64,000 bases of DNA from a virus (Duplodnaviria > Caudoviricetes): positions 743 to 64,742 of IMG/VR virus record IMGVR_UViG_3300043419_000448; one strand, given 5' to 3'. Each line of letters begins with the position of its first letter. Positions within the stretch are counted from its first letter, which is position 1. The translations under genes and the position numbers were made by a program. Under the pieces are notes generated by a model. The model did not search any database. It saw only the letters and a program-made list of their open reading frames with translations, and was not told the DNA's origin. Positions 42,089 to 49,510 of this stretch are shown one piece after another.

Positions 42089-42816
42089 TACATGCTCCTA
42101 ACTTGTTGGTGACCTAATTCATTAATGTCTGTCATAATTACAACCGAATACTTTGTTCCTGACTTCATTGGCAAAGATGCATGCTCATAGATGTAGTTAG
42201 ATGGGAAAACAGCAATGTCTCCTACTCGTGGCTTATAGACTAGGTTATCTAGTCTTGGGAACTTTATCTCCCCGCCTTCGTAATCATCGTTTATGTATAT
42301 GACTGCTGATACCGTGCAATTGTATGCTGGACCATGGTCTGCATGAATATTAAAGTGTGTACCTTCCCCATCATATTTTACAAAGTTAAAGGCCTCATAA
42401 TAAACAACATTAATGCCCCAATATGTAGCATAGTCGTCAATGCAGACCTTGAGTTTTTGATAAATTTCTTCATGAAGATCTAAGAGTTCTGAGTTATCTT
42501 TGTCTCTTGGACCTAGATTTTCTTGCTTGTACTTAAAGTCTACACAGTGTCTGGCTTTTTTAATTGTCTCAGTTGAGTTGGTTACTTTGGCTTCTGCCCA
42601 AGTATACTTCTTATCACCAGACAAATTTGATTCAAGAGTATTGATGTATCTGTTTGCATCTTCTTGTGAGAATGTGTTGTGATAAACATGAAGCCCTAAG
42701 CCAAGATTCTCGGCAACAAACCCATTAGTTAATTCTTTTGGTGCAACTCTATTTGATGCAGTTTCTGATCTATCTTTTGTAAACCAAGGATTTGCATTTT
42801 CATCATATACTGTCAT
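42088..42816 (-). CDS. 2OG-Fe(II) oxygenase
   Basis: HAD...YINDDYEGGEI...H...GTKY. Confidence 0.87.
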   Translation of the reverse strand: MTVYDENANPWFTKDRSETASNRVAPKELTNGFVAENLGLGLHVYHNTFSQEDANRYINTLESNLSGDKKYTWAEAKVTNSTETIKKARHCVDFKYKQENLGPRDKDNSELLDLHEEIYQKLKVCIDDYATYWGINVVYYEAFNFVKYDGEGTHFNIHADHGPAYNCTVSAVIYINDDYEGGEIKFPRLDNLVYKPRVGDIAVFPSNYIYEHASLPMKSGTKYSVVIMTDINELGHQQVRSM

Positions 42817-43586
42817 TATTCATACTTCCTTCTGCTCCATACTGTATTTTTATAAACTCCGCCATCTGGGACTCTATAAATATCAGAATTCTTTCTATTG
42901 TTTGTCAACATGTTTATAGGATTCTCTATCACTATCTCTGATGACCAGTCTTCTCTTTTAAATGGAAAAACCTGTGCAAAAGGTGTTCCAGCCTTTAGAG
43001 TTCCTGACCAACCTTCTGCTATGAAGAATGGCAGAGATCCTGGATAATGAACCTTGTCTGTGTCAATTATACCAGAGGTGTTTAGGAATGGTAAGTCAAA
43101 TCTATTAAATGGCTGAGTTATTAGTACGCTATATCCTGGTGGAGTTTTGATTGCCCAATCATAAAACCAAGCAAAATGATTCTGATAGTATCCTCTTGGA
43201 TGCTCAAACTGTTGCATTGGAGGTCTTGGTGTACAAAAATCTTGATACTGCTTATCTTGTATATTTACCGTCAAGGTTTTTTCATCTTTTTGTATAAACT
43301 CTATATCGCATGGAAGATTAAGTGAATAGCCTGTTCCTAAAATATCAAAGATTGCTGGACATGCTTTCCATGTTGGCATCTTTCCATAGTCATCCGTAGT
43401 GCCTTCTTTTGGACGAGCACAAATCTCTCTTGGTCCTGCTTTATAGTATTCACCATTAGGAAGTTTTGCAAATCTATCTGCTTCTCTATACCAGTCTGGT
43501 ATATGCTTAATTATTGGAGTTGGAACAGATGTGCTGTCCTTTTTAAGCCAAACTCTGTTGGACATAAAAGAAATTATATTATTCAT
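42816..43586 (-). CDS. DUF6065-related protein
   Basis: PDWY, KACPAIFD..GY, KTPPGYS, SGIIDTD, GTPFAQVFPFKR. Confidence 0.6.
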   Translation of the reverse strand: MNNIISFMSNRVWLKKDSTSVPTPIIKHIPDWYREADRFAKLPNGEYYKAGPREICARPKEGTTDDYGKMPTWKACPAIFDILGTGYSLNLPCDIEFIQKDEKTLTVNIQDKQYQDFCTPRPPMQQFEHPRGYYQNHFAWFYDWAIKTPPGYSVLITQPFNRFDLPFLNTSGIIDTDKVHYPGSLPFFIAEGWSGTLKAGTPFAQVFPFKREDWSSEIVIENPINMLTNNRKNSDIYRVPDGGVYKNTVWSRRKYE

Positions 43587-43635
43587 TTTTTCCCCTTTTA
43601 ATAGAGTATATCATAGAAATCTTATCCTGTCAATC

Positions 43636-44418
43636 TTATATATCAATAACTGGTTTATGGTTATCGTCAACTACTAATCTATTTACCTTTTTATCAAAAG
43701 CAATCTTGCTAGACTTTGAAATGTTATTGGACCAGAAGGTAACATGAGTGTATCTTGTTCCATCAGTAACCTCTTTGATGCCGTGCATATTATCAATAGT
43801 TCCACTAAAGATTAGCATTGTTCCTTTTTTAGGCCGTATCTCAAAGCCATTGTGTTGTGGAAAGTATAGTTCTCCACCAGCGTAGTCATCATTTAGGTAG
43901 ATGATAGAAGTAAACGCCTTATTGGTAAATAGTCTTTTATATTTCTCTATATTACGCTCTTCAAAAAAATATTTACATTCTTCTGGCACGGAGTCAAGAT
44001 CTACAGAAGAAAGATCAAAATCTGGATCAATATGGTCTACATGAGGTTCCTGAAGATTTCCTTTTCTCCACCTTACTATCTCCCAAAGTTCGCTATGCAG
44101 GTCAAAGTCTGGATTAAAAAAATCAATGACTTCTTCATGCATTTCATACTGTAATGGAAGGACAACATCAAAAAAATCTTTTCTGCGTTCCATGCCCTGA
44201 AGGTACAGTTCATTAATATCAATCCTTCTATTGTTCCACTGCTTGCCTGCAGAAATATATTCTTCTTCATCTTTAAATATATAACTTTTTATAGAGTTAT
44301 TAAAGTTGTCCCAAAGATCTTCTTTTTGAGCGTACTCAATAAGATAATCGCATGTTGCATCATCTATAAAGTTTTCAACAACCCTAATCTTTGGAGAATC
44401 TAAATCTTTTTTATACAT
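43636..44418 (-). CDS. 2OG-Fe(II) oxygenase
   Basis: HVD...YLNDDYAGGEL...HGI...GTRY. Confidence 0.85.
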   Translation of the reverse strand: MYKKDLDSPKIRVVENFIDDATCDYLIEYAQKEDLWDNFNNSIKSYIFKDEEEYISAGKQWNNRRIDINELYLQGMERRKDFFDVVLPLQYEMHEEVIDFFNPDFDLHSELWEIVRWRKGNLQEPHVDHIDPDFDLSSVDLDSVPEECKYFFEERNIEKYKRLFTNKAFTSIIYLNDDYAGGELYFPQHNGFEIRPKKGTMLIFSGTIDNMHGIKEVTDGTRYTHVTFWSNNISKSSKIAFDKKVNRLVVDDNHKPVIDI

Positions 44419-44902
44419 ATCTCACCATATACTTTCCTATAAACCAGTTCTTATATTTCATATCTCTGTACTCTGTCCAGTATGTTGCTATAGCGTAGTT
44501 GCCAATAACTAATTCTGATATTTCTTGATCTCCCGAATTGTTTGTCAATACATATGTCCTACATTCATTCTTTAAGGGAGTGATAGTTTGGCATATTTGA
44601 TCTTCGACAATAATGTCTGTATTAAATAGATTTCTATCTATTTTAATAAGTTGAATCTTATACGGAAAAACCTTGTTTGTATTATGAAACATATCAATAA
44701 TCTGACCTTGTAAGATCACTCCAGTTTCTTCTACAACCCTGCCAACAAACTTCTGTATTCTGTAGATTTGATCTGCACTTATAGCGTCTTCTGACCAATT
44801 TGGCTCATCATTAAATTTATTGAGTGGCAAAACCTTATCTAGTTTTTCATTAATATCTACTAGGTCTGTTACGTTTGCTGGAGTAAAAATTGACCTAATC
44901 AC
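44411..44902 (-). CDS. hypothetical protein within oxygenase array
   Basis: GTG start in GTGA overlap with upstream stop; no HxD/H motif. Confidence 0.5.
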   Translation of the reverse strand: MIRSIFTPANVTDLVDINEKLDKVLPLNKFNDEPNWSEDAISADQIYRIQKFVGRVVEETGVILQGQIIDMFHNTNKVFPYKIQLIKIDRNLFNTDIIVEDQICQTITPLKNECRTYVLTNNSGDQEISELVIGNYAIATYWTEYRDMKYKNWFIGKYMVRYV

Positions 44903-45444
44903 TTTAGCCAACTTGCTATAGAATACCTGTTCCCAGCCGTTACAGGCTTTACGCTGTGCGAATAGACATAGGATGATGGGAACACAACCATGTCTCCTTC
45001 TTCTGGCTTTAACTCTATGCCAAACTGAGGAAAACATAATTCTCCCCCAGAATAGTTATCATTTAAATAATAAACAGTTGAAACTCTTCTGAAGTTTCCA
45101 CCTCCATCATCCATATGATTCTCAAACTTTCCCCCTACCTCATACTTTAAAATTTTGTATGGGTTGTGAGACTTTAAAGATATCCCGAATAATGACATAT
45201 AGTCTTTTTCTACTGGGTCAAATGTTGCTCTGAAAATATCTGTAAACTCATTATCATTATTAGTAGAGTATGGTACATCTATAGATAGAGTTATTCTAGA
45301 GTCATAGTCTGTCTTAAACTGATCATTGCTAATAATACTTTCTTTTGTTGCCCCGCTAAAGTCCAAATCTAAAATTCTGTCTTTGCATTCAAGTTTGATA
45401 TTTTTATATAATCTTATGCCTAAAGCCAATTCTTTACTTTCCAT
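44899..45444 (-). CDS. 2OG-Fe(II) oxygenase
   Basis: HMD...YLNDNYSGGEL...HSV...GNRY. Confidence 0.87.
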   Translation of the reverse strand: MESKELALGIRLYKNIKLECKDRILDLDFSGATKESIISNDQFKTDYDSRITLSIDVPYSTNNDNEFTDIFRATFDPVEKDYMSLFGISLKSHNPYKILKYEVGGKFENHMDDGGGNFRRVSTVYYLNDNYSGGELCFPQFGIELKPEEGDMVVFPSSYVYSHSVKPVTAGNRYSIASWLK

Positions 45445-46102
45445 AATAAAACCTCTGTGTATGAAACTTATCACTATAGTCTAACATTGTAACAACTGAA
45501 TACTTTATGCCTGTTGTCACTGGCAGCGCTCTATGCATAAACATAAAGTTTGATGGGAAAATTACTAGATCCCCTGCATCAGGCTTTATAGTTACATCTT
45601 GTAACTTAAAAAATATTTCTCCGCCTTCATAGTCATCGTTTAGGTATCCAACCAATGAGACTACAGACTTATAAGAAGCACCATCGTCTGCATGCATCTG
45701 AAAATGATTTCCTGGATAGTACTTTACTAAGTTTATAGACTCCCAATATTCTAAAGGTTCCATTGGGTACATTTTGCAATAATCTTGTACTGCAACATTC
45801 ATAGTGTCAAACAGATACTGCCAAGAGTCTTTTACTATTTCAGACTTTTCATCTGTTCCAACTATTGTAGACTTTTTAAACTTAAAATCTAAACAGTCTC
45901 TATACTCAGGAACCTTTTGTCTATTGCCTACCATTGCAGGACTCCACTTATAATTACTACCCTCAGATAAAACGCCCTCTAGTTTTTCTGCAATGTCATT
46001 ACCTGACTTTATGATATTTTTATATAGAACTAGTCCAGGTGCTAGGACAACCTTGTCCAGATATGAGGCAGGGAGTATACCGTCGTTATTTTCGACTGAC
46101 AT
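45434..46102 (-). CDS. 2OG-Fe(II) oxygenase
   Basis: HAD...YLNDDYEGGEI...H...GIKY. Confidence 0.87.
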   Translation of the reverse strand: MSVENNDGILPASYLDKVVLAPGLVLYKNIIKSGNDIAEKLEGVLSEGSNYKWSPAMVGNRQKVPEYRDCLDFKFKKSTIVGTDEKSEIVKDSWQYLFDTMNVAVQDYCKMYPMEPLEYWESINLVKYYPGNHFQMHADDGASYKSVVSLVGYLNDDYEGGEIFFKLQDVTIKPDAGDLVIFPSNFMFMHRALPVTTGIKYSVVTMLDYSDKFHTQRFYYGK

Positions 46103-46124
46103 ATACTCCCTACTCTCTACTAGA

Positions 46125-47438
46125 TTACTTGTTGTGTATTAGTATACCACTTACGAAGAACCAGTCGTACGGTTCGCAAGATAACTGGTAAACATTTACT
46201 ACTTCGTCTGTGAAGTATTCGATGCTTGTTACTGGAACTTCAACCTTTTGACCAGTTGAGTCTACCACTATCAGGCTTTCTCCTACTTCGATGTAGTATG
46301 CTTCTTTAATCTTGTACTGATTGTTGACTGTCTTCACGAATACTGGCTGTGTGAAGGTGATTCTGATATCTGAGTTTCCATTGAAACAGATGATATCTGA
46401 CTCTTCGACAACTTCCATTGCTGTGATTGTTGTCTCAACCAATGCTCCAGGAGTTAGACTGTTTGCAGACCATGAGTACTTCTGCCAGTCTGGTTCTGAG
46501 GCATCTAATTCAGCAAGTGGTGCTGACCAGATTACATCGCCAACCTGAAGATTCTTTACAGGAATCTGTCCATTAGGTGTATCGATCAATGTGTTCTCTT
46601 CAACACATGGTGGTCCAAACCAAGGAATGATTGGGGCGAACGATGGGAAGTAAGGTGGGAAGAACGGGAAGAATGGGAAGTAAGGGAAGAATGGTGGGAA
46701 GAACGGCCCAAACGCTGGTGGGAAGAATGGTGGGAAGAACGGGAAGTAAGGCGGGAAGAATGGTGGAAAGAATGGGAAGTAAGGGAAGAATGGTGGGAAG
46801 AATGGTGGGAAGAATGGTGGGAAGAACGGTGGGAAGAACGGTGGTGTAGTTGTAACTGATGAAGATGCTGCAGAAGTTGCAGAATTTCCATTAGCATTTG
46901 TCGCATACACTGTATATGTCTGAGATGTTCCTCCTTCTTGAGCAACGCTTGTAGATGTTGCATTAAGAGTTGCACCCTTGCCATCTGATGATGCCCAGGT
47001 GTATGAAGTAATTGCAGATCCACCATTTGCTGGAGCAGACCAAGACAAGTTATCTTGATTTACCTGTGTTGATACTGTTGGTGCTGATGGTGTTTCTGGC
47101 ACTGTTGTAATTGTTACTGCAGAAGAAGCAGAAGACGCTACTGATGTTCCAGCAGCATTTGATGCTCTTACTGTAAATGTTGTAGATGTGTCTGATGGAA
47201 GTCCAGTAATAACAATTGGAGAAGATGCTCCAGTTGCTGTCTGACCCGTACTTGCTGTTACTGTATAGGATGTAGCAGCAGGTGATAGTGCGGGTAGAGA
47301 GAACGAAACATTTGCTGCTCCATCGTTATAACCACGTCCAGTTCCTACGTTTGTTGCTGTAACACCTGTTGGTGCTAATGGCTCCAAGAAGTCATTTGAC
47401 GCTTGGGACTTTCTACCTGATTTCTTACCTGCTGCCAT
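46125..47438 (-). CDS. Fn3-Fn3 / PPFF-repeat / Hint-domain protein
   Basis: two Fn3-like domains (WSAPANGGSAITSY, YTVYATNANG), 79-aa Pro/Phe tract, Hint from CVEENTLI to ILIHNK. Confidence 0.8.
   Translation of the reverse strand: MAAGKKSGRKSQASNDFLEPLAPTGVTATNVGTGRGYNDGAANVSFSLPALSPAATSYTVTASTGQTATGASSPIVITGLPSDTSTTFTVRASNAAGTSVASSASSAVTITTVPETPSAPTVSTQVNQDNLSWSAPANGGSAITSYTWASSDGKGATLNATSTSVAQEGGTSQTYTVYATNANGNSATSAASSSVTTTPPFFPPFFPPFFPPFFPPFFPYFPFFPPFFPPYFPFFPPFFPPAFGPFFPPFFPYFPFFPFFPPYFPSFAPIIPWFGPPCVEENTLIDTPNGQIPVKNLQVGDVIWSAPLAELDASEPDWQKYSWSANSLTPGALVETTITAMEVVEESDIICFNGNSDIRITFTQPVFVKTVNNQYKIKEAYYIEVGESLIVVDSTGQKVEVPVTSIEYFTDEVVNVYQLSCEPYDWFFVSGILIHNK
46608..46844 (-). repeat. 9/12-bp tandem coding repeats for PPFF/PFF/PYF
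   Basis: plus strand units ggtgggaagaa(t/c) and gggaagaat. Confidence 0.9.
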
Positions 47439-47470
47439 ATTGAATCTCCTATTTTCTTATTGAATTTTTA

Positions 47471-48964
47471 TTACGCTGTTAGGTCGCCGTATACAACCCA
47501 TGTGTTTTCTGCTCTCTTGAAAAGAGTTGCTGAAGACCACTGTGTTCTTAACTTTAATCCTGGTGTAGCGTTAACAGTTACTGTTCCGCTTACTGGAGCA
47601 ATAGTTACCTGTCCTGTTGAAGTCTGAAGAATATCAATAGATGTTCCTACTGGATATGCTACAGAAGCATTTGTTGGAATAGTAATTGTTGTTCCTGATG
47701 AAGAAGATACCTCGATAAGAGAATCCTTTTCAGAAACTGCTGAAAGTGTGTATGATGCTGTCTTCTGGATAACTGGTGTAGCAGAAGGAACCTTTCCAGC
47801 AAGTGCTGTTGTTACAGTTGCTGCATAGTTTGCGTCATCACCAAGTGCTGCTGCGAGTTCATCAAGAGTATTAAGTGCTCCTGGTGCTCCTGCGATCAAG
47901 GCATTTACCTGTGATGTAGCATCAGAGATTGCTTCTGACTTTGCTGTTGCAATTGCTGTAGCCTGTGCTGAAGATACTGGCTTGTTAGCATCTGATGTAT
48001 TATCAACATTTCCAAGACCTAGCGTAGTCTTTGTTACTGCTGCAACGTCTGACAAGTATGCAAGGTTTGCAGAGTCAGTAATTCCGTGAACATTTGTTGT
48101 ATCTGAGTTATGTGTAGAAACTGCACCGTCTGCATATGTCTTGGTTGCAACTGTTGAGTCAATATCAAACTGTTCAGTAAGTGTGTTCCAGTTGATACCT
48201 TCACCAGCCTGTGCTGACATGTCTCCTGCTGCTGTAGAAATTGCTGCTGCAAGTTGGTCTGCTGTGACTAGGTCTGCAGTATCTGCAATTCCATGTACAT
48301 CGATTGTTGCTGCATTGTGTGCTGAAACCTTAGTATCTGCTGAATCGTCTGCATACTCTGTAGTTGCAAGAAGTGCTGTATTAGCAATTCCGTGTACAGA
48401 TGTTGTGTCTGAAGCGTGTGTAGATAGTGCACCATCTCGTGCTGTAACTTCTGCTGCAATAGCATTAGTTAGTTCTTCATCTACATATGTTGTAGTTGCG
48501 AGAAGTGTTGTATCTGGGATACCGTGAACAGATGTTGTATCTGCTGCGTGTGTTGAAATCTTAGTATCTGCTGCTGTTCCTGCATCCGCAACTGCCTGTG
48601 TCTTAGCAGTATCAAGTGCTGAAATTGTTGCAAGGTTTGCTGTGTTAGCAATACCGTGGACAGATGTTGTATCTGAAGAGTGTGCTGAAAGGTTACTAGC
48701 AACGCTTGTAAAGAATGTTGGGTCTTCTCCAATTGCGTCAGCCAATTCACCAAGGGTGTTGAGGAGGTCTGGTGCTCCGTCAATAATTGCTGTTAATTCT
48801 GCTGCATTAGCAAAATATGATAGGGCTGACCATGCTGATGATCCATTACCCATCTTGAACTTACTTGTGTCGGTTTCAAATCCGATTTCACCTGCTGCGA
48901 GAATTGGGTTTGCAGCCGACCATTGTGCTGCAGTACCTCTGCGCTGTTGCATTCTTGTTGCCAT
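47471..48964 (-). CDS. tail fibre with Mtd_N-like N-terminus and His-containing repeats
   Basis: QRRGTAAQW..ANPILAAGEIGFETDT; LNTL.ELA.A repeats; five Hxx(D/A)TxxVHGI repeats. Confidence 0.75.
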   Translation of the reverse strand: MATRMQQRRGTAAQWSAANPILAAGEIGFETDTSKFKMGNGSSAWSALSYFANAAELTAIIDGAPDLLNTLGELADAIGEDPTFFTSVASNLSAHSSDTTSVHGIANTANLATISALDTAKTQAVADAGTAADTKISTHAADTTSVHGIPDTTLLATTTYVDEELTNAIAAEVTARDGALSTHASDTTSVHGIANTALLATTEYADDSADTKVSAHNAATIDVHGIADTADLVTADQLAAAISTAAGDMSAQAGEGINWNTLTEQFDIDSTVATKTYADGAVSTHNSDTTNVHGITDSANLAYLSDVAAVTKTTLGLGNVDNTSDANKPVSSAQATAIATAKSEAISDATSQVNALIAGAPGALNTLDELAAALGDDANYAATVTTALAGKVPSATPVIQKTASYTLSAVSEKDSLIEVSSSSGTTITIPTNASVAYPVGTSIDILQTSTGQVTIAPVSGTVTVNATPGLKLRTQWSSATLFKRAENTWVVYGDLTA

Positions 48965-49024
48965 TTATGTAATCTCCTTATATGGGGGCTGCCCATTAAC
49001 TTATCTTATTATAACACCCAATTT

Positions 49025-49480
49025 TTAATTGAAGTTATCTACTACGCTACCGCCATCGAATACAACTGTCCAAACTGTTGTGTCTGGTCCACCTGCATCC
49101 AAACCTACACCCAGAGGGCTGTTGAATGATCCGCCTTCATAGAACTGAGATACTATGAAACCAGTTCCATCAATTGCGGTATCGTGAATGTGCTGTGGTA
49201 AGTTATTTGTATCATCAATAGTAGCCTGGGTATACCATGCTCCATTGTAATAGAAATTAACTCTATTGGTAGCAGTGTCTAACCACTGTGTCCCGTTTGT
49301 AGGTGAAGAGGGAGCAGTTGTGCCAACGGCCATTGATCCTGTTAGTGAATCTACATACTCCTTAGTTGCTGCATGAGCACCAATAGTAGGTGTTCCTACT
49401 TCTACTGCCCCGCCGAATGTACCGCCGTTTGCTACGACTAGCCCATTCTTGACCTTGAAGTCTTTATTCTCTGTTGTCAT
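49025..49480 (-). CDS. fibre-associated structural protein
   Basis: NKDFKVKNGLVV, AATKEYVD, APSSPTNGTQWLD fibre motifs. Confidence 0.6.
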   Translation of the reverse strand: MTTENKDFKVKNGLVVANGGTFGGAVEVGTPTIGAHAATKEYVDSLTGSMAVGTTAPSSPTNGTQWLDTATNRVNFYYNGAWYTQATIDDTNNLPQHIHDTAIDGTGFIVSQFYEGGSFNSPLGVGLDAGGPDTTVWTVVFDGGSVVDNFN

Positions 49481-49510
49481 TTATTGCTCCCTTTTCCCTA
49501 CAAATTTTTA

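Noticed and set aside
44903-45037. N-terminal extension of ORF 44411..45037
   Set aside because: Overlaps an oxygenase gene in another frame; the GTGA-coupled start at 44902 is more plausible
46608-46844. CRISPR-like array or G-quadruplex element
   Set aside because: Units are 9-12 bp with no spacers; the G-runs are explained by Phe-Pro codons on the other strand
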